From contig NC_047062.1 of the NCBI RefSeq assembly GCF_902459465.1, forward strand, positions 4,340,001-4,404,000: 64,000 bases of DNA, read 5' to 3'. The notes under the pieces were generated by a model. That model saw only the letters and a program-made list of their open reading frames with translations, was not told the origin of the DNA and searched no databases. The position numbers and the translations under genes are program-made. Position 1 is the stretch's first letter. Every line of letters starts with the position of its first letter. The DNA is from Asterias rubens (Eukaryota). Below, in pieces: positions 28,752-40,462 of this stretch.

Positions 28752-30759
28752 CATTTCTATGGCGCTCTACAATTAACACAGCGCCTCACATGAAAAACAA
28801 AATAACATAAGTAGAAAACAAAACAAAAGAAAATTACAAGAGGCTCTCAGTGGGGAAACAAAAACGTTTTGAGAGACCGCTTGAAGATCGAAGTAGACTC
28901 TGCTTCTCTGACGTCACAAGTCAGTTGGTTCCAAAGCTTAGGAGCTGCATTGAAAAATAGATTGTCTCCAGCCGTTTTATAGGAGCGAGGAACAACCAAG
29001 CGTGTGACATCAGAAGCAGAGCGGAGCCTTTTACGGTCTTCAGAATGACCAGTATTGTAGAGGATGAAGTTTACTGTGAGGTATTTTGGTGCTTGACCAT
29101 GAAGACCATTTGTAAACATACAGGAGGATTTTGTATTTGATTCTTTCTCATACTGGCAGCCAGTGAAGAGATCTCAGCAGGTCAGAGGAATGTTGTTCTC
29201 TGCCACAGGCAAACACAAGACGAGCAGCTTTGTTCTGAAGGCGCTGTAGACGCTTGAAATCAACTTCTCTGACACCGTACAATAGTGTGTTGGCGTAGTC
29301 AATGCGAGAAAGAACCAAAGATCTGACAGCATGATGGCATGACGACTGAGTTAGAAACCTGCGAATACGCCATAAATTGCGGATATGAAAGTTAACACTC
29401 TTACATACAGAATTTATGTGACTGGTCATGGAGAGGGATGAGTCGAGATTTACACCCAAATTTTTAACAGTAGCAGAGGGGTTGGATATGTCATCTAAAT
29501 CGAGCTGGATGTTGGGAAGTGTGTTAAGAACCCTCGGAGAGGCAAACACCATAAATTCAGTTTTGGCTTGATTTAGTTTCAACCTATTACTACTCATCCA
29601 GGTGTTGATTTGGGAGATGCAAGTAGAAAGATTTCTAAGGGCACGTTGGCAATCACCTAGAACCTTGGAGTCAAACTCAGTATAAAGTTGGGGGTGTCAT
29701 CGGCATATACATGAAAATTAATATTGTGGTTTCTTATGATGTCGCCAATGGGATGAGTGTACATGATAAATCCCTGTGGTCCTATTACAGAGCCCTGTGG
29801 TATGGAGCATTTAAGAACATGGTTATCAGATACTGCATTTCTAATGGACAATTTGGTACAGCGATCATGTAGGTAAAACTGGAACCATGCAAGGGCAACA
29901 CCTGTGATACCAAAACGGGTCTCAAGCCTATCCAAAAGAATATGATGATCAATTGTATCGAAGGCTGCGGACATATCGAGTAAAACCATGAGAACAACTT
30001 TGTTTTTGTCAAGAGAATGTGAAATGTCACTTTTAACCTTGAGCAAGGCCGTTTCTGTACTGTGGTGTGCTTTATAAGCGGATTGAAATTTCTCATCAAA
30101 GTTGCTGTTGTTGACGTGGTTTATGACTTCACATGAGGCAGCCTTTTCAGTAAGTTTGGCAAGGAATTTAACATTAGAAATCGGGCGAAAGCTATTGAGT
30201 ACTACATTGCAATCCATGGTTTCTTGAGCACAGGTGTGATGATGGACTGCTTTAATGTTTCAGGGCAAACACCGGACGTGAGCGAGGCATTGACAATTCT
30301 GGTTATAACAGGTAGCAGGATGGGTAGACACTCTTTGATTAGCCATAACGGAATAGTGTCAAGTGAGCAGGTTTTGTTGGTGATGGACTTAAAAGTAGGC
30401 ATAATTAAAACATAAACAAACAAACAAACAAACTTAGTTACAGTCAACATTTAAAAAAAGTATACTACAAATAGTACAAACACAAACAATGTGTTGGTTT
30501 TCTTTTAAGGGAACATGCAAAGAGTAGAGGAGAACTACAAACGTTCAAGTTACTGCTACATCTATGTCCAAGCTTGGAGGAAAGAACACAGTTTTACCAA
30601 AATTTGACAAGACGCATTGCTGTCACTTGTTAAACAGTCGACAGTCAACTTCTCCACATTGCAGGGAAGGGTCACTCCATATTCTGTTGTGTTGACATGA
30701 AATTTAGGGCTCAGCACACCCGGTTTTATCGACAACTTTTCCAAATCAGCATTGTCCAT
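11231..30759 (-). CDS. Uncharacterised ~1149-aa protein: tandem cadherin-like beta-sandwiches, U-box/RING-like module, TRAF-type Zn fingers, TPR-like repeats, RGA-rich disordered region, compact C-terminal domain
   Basis: 19 phase-consistent exons: 30598-30759, 28011-28215, 27273-27439, 26163-26460, 25490-25575, 24628-24747, 24086-24188, 23243-23418, 22123-22356, 21386-21594, 20153-20290, 18823-18963, 17909-18137, 16304-16508, 15277-15543, 14773-14973, 13586-13737, 12259-12475, 11231-11370 (3450 nt, TGA at 11231-11233). Motifs: LSPKFHVNTTEYGV...IEVSAEDGTTKLY and LQPEFSCDVLEY...IEVTSVDGSNKQVY (cadherin-like); FECPITLAPLYRPV...HVFSEPII...DPL (U-box-like); CPYSFLGC...H...C and CGDC...H...C (TRAF Zn). 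Domain names are inferred by eye. Confidence 0.88.
11961..12250. mobile_element. hAT-like MITE with 33-bp perfect TIRs and 8-bp TSD
   Basis: TIR CATAGAGTTATATATAAGAACTAGAGGGCGCAC and its reverse complement; ATTCTTAC at both 11953-11960 and 12251-12258. Confidence 0.9.
12839..13195 (+). mobile_element. Kolobok-like MITE family A (~360-400 bp, TTAA-flanked), near full-length copy
   Basis: TTAA-AGGCAGTGGACAC ... GTGTCCAGTGTCT-TTAA. Related copies at about 6568-6775, 9238-9524 (-), 13852-14228, 24240-24430 (-), 32268-32617 (-), 41061-41335, 46394-46721, 49600-49720, 50930-51301 (-) and 53794-54169. Confidence 0.85.
15295..15440 (-). repeat. Coding 18-bp tandem repeat encoding (AARGAP)n
   Basis: GCACCCCTTGCTGCAGGT repeated about 4-5 times within exon 15277-15543. 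Confidence 0.95.
16719..17304. mobile_element. Kolobok-like MITE with long internal inverted repeat, nested in a tRNA-derived repeat
   Basis: TTAA-AAGTCACCTGGAA ... TTCCAGGTGACT-TTAA; internal inverted repeats at about 16883-16975 and 17053-17150. Confidence 0.85.
19147..19548 (-). mobile_element. L2 LINE 3' fragment
   Basis: ORF IKFKTLLYIYKALNDLSPVYL...GLRSS...GDGSFSVFGPTLWNTLP...FKRNLKTYLF, followed by GCGCTATATAAG and a (TAT)n tail. Confidence 0.9.
19958..20134. mobile_element. PIF/Harbinger-like MITE
   Basis: TTA|AGCCCAGTTCATACTT ... AAGTATAAACCAAGCT|TTA (imperfect TIR). Confidence 0.65.
20986..21348 (+). mobile_element. Kolobok-like MITE family C
   Basis: TTAA-AGCCATTGGACAC ... GTGTCCAATGGCT-TTAA; second copy at 39659-40042. 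Confidence 0.85.
25752..26062. mobile_element. Element with two outward-facing degenerate tRNA-like heads
   Basis: Minus head TAGCTCAGTTGGTAGAG...GGTTCAACTCTAGTC and plus head TAGCTCAGTTGGTGGAG...CTCTAGTCAATTTTT. Partial relatives at about 44940-45120 and 63830-63925. Confidence 0.65.
27590..27900 (+). mobile_element. tRNA-headed SINE with conserved central box (GTCCTTGAGCAAG...CACCCAGGGGTATAAATGGG)
   Basis: Head CATGGCCGAGCGGTTTAGAG...GGTTTGAATTCC. Related SINE fragments at about 14495-14590, 17540-17750, 22440-22590, 23480-23730, 24495-24600 and 51700-51930 (-). Confidence 0.7.
28270..28696 (+). mobile_element. 3' fragment of a non-LTR retrotransposon with a restriction-like endonuclease (R4/Dong-like)
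   Basis: Degenerate PDVVLLDKTK...VPGDIR, then the open frame 28400-28609 EKYQDLARELRKSWQVKVKVVPVVVGALGTIPK...LQKAVLLGTARILRKTLQI-stop. This is typical of the PD-(D/E)xK REL domain. A short 3' UTR ends at (TAA)n. Confidence 0.75.
28697..28750. repeat. (AAT)n microsatellite, about 18 units
   Basis: Directly visible; lies between the R4-like and L2 elements. Confidence 0.98.
28751..30412 (-). mobile_element. 5'-truncated L2/CR1-clade LINE (reverse transcriptase, frameshifted) in intron 1 of the TPR gene
   Basis: ORF pieces: FRPISNVKFLAKLTEK, QSAYKAHHSTETALLKV, LLDMSAAFDTIDH, IPQGSVIGP, YADDT, LKLNQAKTE, LGVNLDSSLSM, LHWLPV, APKLWNQL...FKRSLKTFLF. The 3' end runs into an (ATT)n tail. Confidence 0.95.
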
Positions 30760-31068
30760 TTTTGCAGTTGAATAATGTCACTTGGTTGTCAGTAGTTACT
30801 TGACACTTTCACAGGGAAGGGTGGGCGCTCTCGATCTTCAGCACTACTTTTGACTTCAGTCTAGTCTTTGAGTGTTGATCATTTTTTATGATCATGAGTC
30901 GAGTGTGGCGTCCTTAGCAGCGACTGGTCGTATGCTGAGCTCTTGAGGGCGGTACAACTTCAATAAAAAAAAGTCAAACGTTTTGGGAAAAACAGAGTTC
31001 ATCATTTTGCGTTTTTTTAAAGTCTCCAATTACTTCATATTTACTGTAAAAGAGGCAAATCAGAAACC
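30760..31068. promoter_or_regulatory. Bidirectional promoter shared by the cadherin-like/TPR gene and SDE2
   Basis: Divergent start codons only 309 bp apart (30759 on -, 31069 on +). Confidence 0.8.
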
Positions 31069-34000
31069 ATGTCTGTGTTTGTGAGAACATTTAGAGGTAA
31101 CACGCTGTGTCTTGATCCAGATGTTTGCTGTAACAGTGGAGAAAATCTGAAGAGAAAAATATGCGAATTAGAGGTATCAATGTAATTGTAAAAACGTATG
31201 ACGCATTAGTTAGACAGCATTGCGCAGAGCATGTAGATTGTACACATGAAGGTGCATTTCTTCGGTGTTTTTTGCGCAATTGATTTCAAGCCCAGTTTTG
31301 CGCAAAGTAACTTTTTTAATTGTAATGTTTAGTAATGTGGTTCTTTAAGTTTATATAGCCTACCTAAAGTTTATAAGTAATATTAAATATAAAAAGTGAA
31401 ACTGAAACTGAAAGAATTGTTTATAATGTGAATGTCATTTTAAGATAACTATTTTGAGTATAATTTAATAGTAATAATGAATAGTCAATGCGAACATGGC
31501 TTAATCTTAAGACTAGAACTTAGAAGGGAAAAGTTTCCGTATGGCGCCACCACTGGATAACTTTCCGTATGGCGCCACCACTTTTTCACTCATATTTACA
31601 GAAAGGGATATCTCATTGAGGTAAATTAAATACTATATTATTTCATATCGAATGAAAAAGTGGTGGCGCCATACGGAAACTTTTCCCCACCACTTTTTCA
31701 ATCGATATGAAATAATATAGTATCTAATTTACCTCAATAAGATATCCCTTTTTGTGTAAAAATGAGTGAAAAAGTGGTGGCGCCATACGGAAAGTTATCC
31801 CTTAGATTAGAAGGCCTAAGCCGTGTTTGCATTGAATATTCATTAACTTATCGCCACAAATTGTTTTAAACTTACTGGTATTATTAATGATTAAGCTGTA
31901 AAAGTCAAAGTGCGAACAGCCGGTAACATAGCGGGGTGGTAAGTTACCGCCACGGCGCTGTTAACTTTAAAACAGGCCAATTTGAGCCACGGTAACTAAA
32001 CAATGAATATTTACTTTACAGGGACAAGAAGTCCAATGCGAACACACCATTCTGGTAACTTAACAATACTGTCATGTGACTATATAAAAGGTCTGCTGAT
32101 GTTTGAACTACTGACTTTTATCGTGTGCCATCTGCGCTTCTCCGGAAATTCAGGTTAAAAGCTTACTGCGTATGCCGGGCTCATAAGTAACCAGACCCAA
32201 AAGTCCAATTTACGAACACGGCTTTAGTCTTACCTCTTCTCAAGTCGCTAGTCTTTTGTTACTCTTTATCAAAGGCATTGAACACGTTTGGTAATTGTCA
32301 AAGACCAGTGTTCTCACTTGGTGTATCCCAACATAAGCATTTAATAACAAGCCTGTGAAAATTGGGGCTCAAATGGTCATCAAAGATGTAAGAAAATGAT
32401 GAAAGAAAAAACACCTTTGTTGGACGAATTTGTGAGCTTTCAGATAGAAATAAAAGACTTCTGGCTAGAAGTCTTATAAATTTTAGTGAGAAATTACCTC
32501 TTTCTTTAGAGGGAGTCGTTTCCCACTAAGTTTTATACTATTAACAGCTGTGCAATGCTCGTTACCAAGTCAGTTCATATTTATTTTGAGTAATGACCAA
32601 AGTGTACCTTCCCTTTAACTTTGTTTTTTAAAAGTTATTCTAAACTTTTTGTAGGCCCCCAATTGTTTTTATTTTGGTAATGTTATTTATTGCAATTGCA
32701 AGGTTGTTTCCCTGTTGATCGGACCTTCTCTTGAAGACTTGGGTAAAAAACTTCTTGTTGAAGATTGCACTTACAATGAATTTAAAAAATATTTGTTTGG
32801 TTTTCCATTTTGTAGGGAATCCCTTCTCCGTTCTTGCATCTTTATCATCAAGGGCAAAGAGTTTGCAATGACGACATCATTGTACCAGGAGCAAACTATC
32901 AAGCACTGCTATGTCTCAATGGTGGCAAAGGAGGTAAGATCTATGACACTCAGTAATTCTGGTGAGGCTGCATATTCCTCATATTTAACCCAGGGCTTTA
33001 TCCTTGCACCAAACATTGTGGCCGGGAACTACCCCACGAGGCACAATAGACCATGGTAAATTATTAATCAACCTTTCGGCCCAATTTCATGCTCTGTTTT
33101 AAAAGCAAATAAAAATACTGCTTTGCTAAGAATGGGTGGTTTGTACCAGGTCATTCTTGTAAAGGTGAGGCAATGTTTTTAGAGGGCATCTTCTAAGAGG
33201 TAAATATTAATTTGTACCGAAATAAATCACAGGGCATCAGAGCAATGACCAGGGGCAGGGAGGCAATTGCCTCCACTGGCTCTGTGAAGTATCAGACCTG
33301 CTGTACTGTAGGCCTACCATTTATAAACCTGAAAGAAAAAACAAGTTTGGATCTTTGGACAGCCGCTGGACAGATGAACACCAATAGACCCCTTGCATTG
33401 GCTGCCATCGCTGAGGTCAAACAATGGAAATGTGGAAGTGCGTACGCGCCACGCACAACTCTGAACCAATGATAGGTCTTCATTTGATCTCGGTGAGGGC
33501 GCTGGTTGAGGGCTCTGTGGAATTATGTGTTAAGAGCTAAATAGTTTGATTTGATGTTTCAGGGTTTGGATCCATGTTGCGGATGATTGGAGCACAGATT
33601 GATAAGACGACCAACCACGACGCATGTCGAGATCTCAGTGGGCGGAGAATGAGGGACGTGAACAATGAAAAGAAGTGAGTTGTGTACAGGGTTTGCCCTT
33701 AAAGTTTTTAGTCTCTAGCCAGCAGTCCTGTTAGTTTGTCATTTCACTAGTCTGCCAGCTTTTTCAATAGTCCATATTTCAAATAAAATAGGGATGCTTT
33801 CAATATTGAACATTGAATGTCTGTGACCTTGGAGTCATTATCGCAAGCACCTCACCTTCAACGAACACATCAAAAATATCTATTCATTCTGAGAGTGGCA
33901 CAATGCCTTGAATTTTTTTTTTTGAGACGACTGTGATCTAAATCAAGATGTGTTATTTTAGCCTTTATTTGAATTCAACGACAATGTCTGGATGTTATTA

Positions 34001-36508
34001 TTGTAATCCAGCCATGCATCTGAATTGTTAAAAGGTTGAGCGACTGGATTGGCAAGAAAGCTGAGATGGAAGAGGAGAGAAAGCAGAAACGAGAAGAGAA
34101 GTTGGAGAGACTGAGACATCAACCCAGACACATCTTCGTTGACCCTAAGTATGATCAGCAGAAGAAAGAGGTGGTGGACAATCTGGATGATGCCATATCA
34201 CAAGGTAAGAGCAAAAGAGGTAATCGCTCCATAAAGCCTTTCACTTTTGACATTTAAGACTTTCCTCTTCCCAAGATCTGTAACAAAGAAATCCATGTTC
34301 CAAGCATTCACCAGAACAAGTATTGGCATTGGTGAGATGTCTGTAGGTGAATTGATGCCTTGATGTCAGATTGGGGGGTGGGGGGGTTCCAAGCTTCGGC
34401 CTTAATCAACAAGTTGTGGCCTTGGTTGATATTTTCCTTTACTGTTGTAATTTATCACTCAGGCATCCAAGCTTCCGCCTCTGTCGACACCGGTGCCTCA
34501 ACATCAGGAACAAGGGCTACCAAGAGGAAAGCACAAACCTCCACTAGAGGCAGCAAGAGGTCTACTACCCTATGGTTAGTGTGTGGGTTGATAGTAATGT
34601 GCCAACAGTAAACACTAACAATGATGATGCTGTGCATGGCACTGGGTTAATATGGGTTCGGTTTACATCCAAAAGTGTACCCATTGCTCTAAGATTGAAC
34701 ACAAACAAGAAATGTAATTATAATTATAAGACAACTATGATCAGTTAAAAAAAAGATTGCATTATAAAAGGCACCATATGCAAGAAACAATATTCTCATT
34801 ACACTTTTAAAAAGTTTGTACTAAACCATTTCTTCAGACACGACCTTAATTCAGGTTTGGGTAGTAGATTTAAGGCCTGGTCACACAGGCCCCGATAACG
34901 AGAACGAAAACGAGAACAATAAAAATGCACGCTCGCGATTGGTTGAATTGCTCCCAGCAGAATACGCCCACGCTCATTCAACCTATCGAGGGCGTGCATT
35001 TTTATCTTTCTCGTTTTCGTTCTTGTTATCGGGGCCTGTGTGACCAGGCCTTTAGTCTCTTAATCTAAGAAGAAAAACAAATTAGCCTGGTCTAGTTTTT
35101 TTCAGAAGACTGAAGATAGTGACTAAGTTATACTTTGTCAAATTTCACATTCATCTCTTCCAGCCTGGTGAGCATTTGCTGAACCTTTCGTTCAAACTGG
35201 ACTTTATACAACAATCCAATGCAGAATGGAGACATCAGAAAGAAATTTTCAGGCATCTCTTTATCTTGCCTCGGTGGACAAACTTCCCTAATCGCTTACT
35301 TTTGTGTGTGTATTGATTTGTTTTTCAGGATGGGAATAGAAGGAAGCGAGAGCGAAGAAAGCGATGACGAGGAGAGAGCAATGGAGGCTTCTTCAGACCC
35401 AAGCAACGTATCAACGAGCAGTCGTGATGAGAGAGACAGCCCATCAAGTACCTCGGACCAAGAGGCACTGCCCGACCCTCAGCCTAGTACTAGTAGGATT
35501 GATGTACAGGCATCAGAGGATTGCAAAGGAAGTAGTTCAACAGAAGCTAAGCATCCTTTATTGGCTGCTCTTCCCGTGCCAGGGGAAGATAGCAGTGGAA
35601 GTGGAGGTGACGGTAGTAACAAGTCAACAGATAATGTAAGTGCAGATTATTGCAGTATTGTCAATGCTTCTCATGCCCGGAAATTCATCCTAGAGAGAGG
35701 GCAAGGCCATTTTCATTTTGCAAAGGGCACTTGCACTGGAAAATCTTAAAGTCAATGGGAAACTTTTGAAGGGGCACCAATGCCAAGACCAGGGGCAACC
35801 TCCGTGTACTTCCAGGCCTGACTTCTATTTCAGCAATCAGACTGCCTGAAATTATTCTGGTTAGCCAATCCATGGGTAATGGACAAAGTCAATAATTTTG
35901 AGCATTATTTTGTTCAATATGGTTTTAGCTGTTCAAGTATGTCTCATTCACATTACAGGTATGGGATTGTTTCACAGTACATATAGAAATTTTCATGCTA
36001 CGAGCTCTAAGTTTTCGAGAAGCATTTTGTAGAAGGAAAGATTTTCTTTGTGATAGTGATACACAGAAAAGCCTCTCATCCTTAGTTGTTAATATGTTTT
36101 GTCTTGGTACTTATTCCGATTGATTTGTTTTTTTAGTTTTACATTTGACATCTTTTACAGCTCTTTATTTTATCTAACATACAGCTCTTTATTTTATCTA
36201 ACATGAACTTTGGGTGCATTGTTTTAATTCTCTGATCCTGGCTCATAAATTTTTATCTCAAAATTTATGATAATTCTTTGCAGGAGAATGGACCATTGGA
36301 CTTGGAGAACTTCTCGTCAGTAGCGGAGTTAGAATCAGTCGGGTTAGACAGCCTGAAGTCAGCTCTCATGGCTCTAGGAATGAAGTGTGGTGGTACCTTA
36401 CAGCAGAGGGCAGAGAGATTGTTCCTAGTGAAGGGCGTCAAACAGGAAATGATTGACCCAAGCCTGTTGGCAAAGCCAAGCAAAGGGAAGAAGTCAAAAG
36501 GAAAGTAG
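31069..36508 (+). CDS. SDE2: SDE2 splicing / replication-stress regulator (ubiquitin-like fold, SDE2 domain, C-terminal SAP-like domain), 382 aa
   Basis: Exons 31069-31173, 32816-32933, 33563-33674, 34035-34204, 34463-34574, 35329-35635, 36284-36508 (1149 nt). N-terminal ubiquitin-like [10 protein letters not shown]...EGIP, then the LCLNGG|KGGFGSMLR cleavage motif, [22 protein letters not shown], and C-terminal [28 protein letters not shown]. Confidence 0.97.
31524..31803. mobile_element. Palindromic MITE with repeated TTTCCGTATGGCGCCACCAC motifs
   Basis: The motif occurs twice in each orientation; outer ends AAGGG..A..TTTCCG / CGGAAAGTTATCCCTT. Confidence 0.8.
31819..32223. mobile_element. 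PIF/Harbinger-like MITE in SDE2 intron 1
   Basis: AGCCGTGTTTGCA ... TACGAACACGGCT|TTA. Confidence 0.6.
34873..35051. mobile_element. PIF/Harbinger-like hairpin MITE (TTA TSD)
   Basis: TTA|AGGCCTGGTCACACAGGCCCCGATAAC ... GTTATCGGGGCCTGTGTGACCAGGCCT|TTA. Confidence 0.85.
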
Positions 36509-37964
36509 AACATTACAACTTCTTCACCCTAATTCCTACTGAAGCTGGAAGGTAAAAGTATATCTATTTTCAAGGGAGAAAACCTTGATGCCTTGACTGC
36601 CAACATTGATTTTACTTCGAGCTAGCAATTACAGTTATAGCCCAGAAATTTATCAAACTTAACCACATCCCAATGTTAGCCTGGGCGACTCGTGTGACTA
36701 ATGTCTGAGTCGTGACTATTGACTGCTAAGTCGAGTCGTGACTACCATTTTAAGACTTCCCGACTACCAATTGTGCTGCTCTAGACTAATCACGACAACA
36801 TAGTTAACTTCTGAAATGCAATCAGACGTCAGTGACACAATCCCTCATTTTTCAGCTTGAATTTTGCTATATTGCGCCTTCGCCACACAATATGACGCAA
36901 TGCATCTTGGGAGTTAAAAGTTTGTCCTGACTAGTTGAGTAAAGCCAACTAGTCGCTGAGGCCTATTCCAGTGTAGTTTGAACTGTGCCAGCTGGCATTG
37001 CCAAGAGTACGAGTAATCTCAATAGCATTGGAAGTACTGGATTATTAGATGAAAACACCATCTTGAGCTCAGAAAGAATACATAGGAATACATGTTTTTT
37101 GTTCACGGCTAAAATGTGCAAGTACACGCCAACTGCTTTGTCAACAAAATGGGAGTGGAGCATTTATGTATGTGCACCTGTCAGTCAATTTATGAAAACC
37201 GCAAAACTTGTTGAAAATTGCATTCTCTAAATTCTCAATGGTTAACATTGTATTTTTTCCCCATCTGATAAAATGTTGTACTTGTCAAAGTATGTGTGTG
37301 ATTTTCGCGGAGATCATGGGCTAATGGTCCATTGTACCACTTTGGTTATAATTTTGCTGGAATTCTTTTTTTTCCAATTCTGTATTTTTTCTTTCCTTTT
37401 TAATGATAGTTTTAGAAATGGGGAGGGGGGAACATTTTAAAGTTCTTTATTTGTAAATTTTAAAACATAAACTTTTTATGTATTTAAATTTGTTTTAAAT
37501 TGTTACTCTACGAGTCTGCCGGAGTGAAGTTATTGCTAGATACCATTTTTTTCTAAATACTGTTTACTTCTCCCCATTGATGAGCCAGTTTTTGTGTCTA
37601 AACTTGATTGAGATTTCGTTAAACATGAAGTTCATATTTGTAATGATGGAAGTAACAACCTTCAATATGTTAGAAAGAGCAGAACTTGTTCTATTTAAGT
37701 TCAGAAGTTATGACATTTTAAACTTTTTAAACAGTCTTTGATTTGTTGTATCTTGATACCTGATGAGGTCATGATTGGTGTAAGTTATTTTTAGAGACTA
37801 AGACAAGAAATAAGCTTCAATATGACGTATCATTTTTCTCTTAAATCTGTTAATGCCAAGAAGTACAGTTGTCGCCAAGAAAAGTCATGTGTTATTATTT
37901 AAGTGAATAGAGTTTTGATGAAAACAATACCCGTTCTGACAGCTAATAATTGCTAAATGCTTTG

Positions 37965-38352
37965 AAAGGAACACGTTGCCTTGGAACGGTCGAGTTGGTC
38001 TTTGAAAAGAGTTTGTAAACGTTTGTTATGAAATGCATATGGTTAGAAAGATGGTTAAAAAGTAGAATACAATGATCCACACAAATTTGCCTCGAAATTG
38101 CGTGGTTTTCCTTTTACTTTTCAAACTAACCTGGTCGGCTATTTATGGGAGTCAAAAATTTGACTCCCATAAATGGCCGACCGTTTTAGTCGACGAGGTA
38201 AAAGGAAAATTACGCAATTTCGAGTGATACTTGTGTGGATCATTGTAATCTACTTTTTTACAATATTTCTAATTGTATGCATTTTATAACAAATGGTTAC
38301 AAAACCTTTTCAAAGACCAACTCGACCGATCCAAGGCAACGTGTTCCTTTAA
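37965..38352. mobile_element. Kolobok-like palindromic MITE family B, long copy
   Basis: The two halves are long inverted repeats centred near 38150-38160. Confidence 0.85.
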
Positions 38353-39658
38353 TATTCTTTGAAATTAAAGTTCACATCAGCAGTTTTAAAAATAATTTTA
38401 TGAGTATTATCATGGGATTGTTAATTTCTGAACTTTTATGATGCTTCCAAACTTTAATTAACATTTCAGTATCCCCGTCACCTGAAAGGAAGACCTTTTG
38501 AGCTCCTGAACAATTCCAATTTGTCCTTGGTTAATTGGTTTTCCTATTTGCAAACTTAAAATAGCAGTTGACAGTAAATTTATTTACAACAAAAGAAGTT
38601 CTACTATCTCTCAATGCCATACTTTGATTTCAACAAAATTCTTTGCTTAGTTTATTACTTATCATGGCAACATTTGTTCGTTACATTGTATATAAACCAC
38701 ACACACTTAGATCCTTGTCATTTGATTGGTGGAACACATGTTATGTGTCATCCTTTTTGCATTGTACAGTTACAGCGACACTCCAAAATTTAATATCAGA
38801 GTCCGATTCCAAAATAATCATTCAGGCCCGATACTTCATGGAGGGAAAAAAGGCATTTGCCAACATGCCCCCTGTTCATTGCCTTAGTGCCCTTGAAGTA
38901 ATCATGTAGACATTTACCAAGTAGAAAATGCCTTGGTGCCTTTGTACTTTCAAAAACGAAGCATACAAGCCTGATCATTCCTAGCCGATTCGTCCAAACA
39001 AGGCAAGGTTGTGTCATGACAGACAAGGTCAGTGACCACATGGAGTTCTTCACATTGTTCAGAAGGATTTTCAGAGTGTGGGGTGGATAAGTTTTCATGT
39101 CTTTTTTGTGTTTATTGTGAAAAAAAATCAAATGACAAGGATCTATGAATGTATTTTGTGTTTGCATTGTCACAGAATAATAACACTCGGTGAAATCTGG
39201 GTTTTCAATTTCAAAATGAAAAAATCCCTTGTGAATTTTTTCGGCCACAATGCACTCATATACATCTAAGATTAGTATAATATTTAAATATCATATTAAA
39301 TACTGATAAATAAACATCAAAAGTCTTTTTTTTGCATACAGTTATTTAGTTATTTTGTTCAATTCTTACTTTAGAAATCAAAAGTATACATTCCATTTTA
39401 TAGTTCATACCAAAAATCACGACCGTTTCAGACAAGACTTTTATCGTTTTGTCAAATTACAATAAACTACATTTTGCCTCAGTATACAGCTATTTTATTG
39501 CATTTGTTAACTCTATCTTCGGCAATCACAAAATTGCAAAAAAATGGTGTTTGGTTTTCAAGCACAGGGCCAACGCCACAAAAAACCTTGTTGCTTGGAA
39601 CCAAATCAAGTTTTTTTAGAGAAGATAAACACATTTCAGAAAGTAAGATTTGATCTTT

Positions 39659-40042
39659 TTAAAGCCATTGGACACGTCTTTTGGTACAGAAAAAAAATAA
39701 ATAAAAAAAAATATCACAGATTTACAAATAAGTTACAGGGTTTACAGAAGGTAATGGTGAAAGACTTCTCTTGAAATATTGTTCCATGAAATGCTTTACT
39801 TTTTGAGAAAACATTAGAACAATATCAATTCTCAATATCGAGAATTACGTATTTGTTTTAAACACATGTCATGACACGTGAAACGTGCGGAAACAAGGGT
39901 GGGTTTTCCCGTTATTTTCTCCCGACTCCGATAATCGATTGAGCCTAAATTTTCACAGGTTTGTGGTTTTGTATAGAAGTTGTGATACAGGAAGTGTGGG
40001 CCTTGGACAATACGGTTTACCGAAAGTGTCCAATGGCTTTAA
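39659..40042 (+). mobile_element. Kolobok-like MITE family C, second copy
   Basis: Same termini and internal sequence as 20986-21348. Confidence 0.85.
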
Positions 40043-40462
40043 ACTGATTTATATCAACTGGATACCACAGGCACCAATACTGAAAATTCATTCTTTTTTT
40101 CAGTTACCGAATCAAAACATAGTACCAGTCATTGAAAAACTATAACAGTGATATTTACACAACTCTTGCAAAAATCTTGAATAGAATTAATAAAAAACTT
40201 TTTATATTAAGCTTTGAACATTTGTAATCAATAAATACGTTCCATGTACAATAACATACAATGTTTGATTTAATTCATTTTGATGCAACTTTACAAGCTG
40301 CCATAAATGCAAACTTTGAAATAAATAACCATCCAACTTGGACAAATCTGTAAACAAAACAATTTCATTCTCTTTAAAAAACCTGAGCAGGGAAGGACAC
40401 TGTTCTACAACCCATGATGTTTAAATTTGGCATTCTGTGATCACAGCTGGATCGAAATGTAA

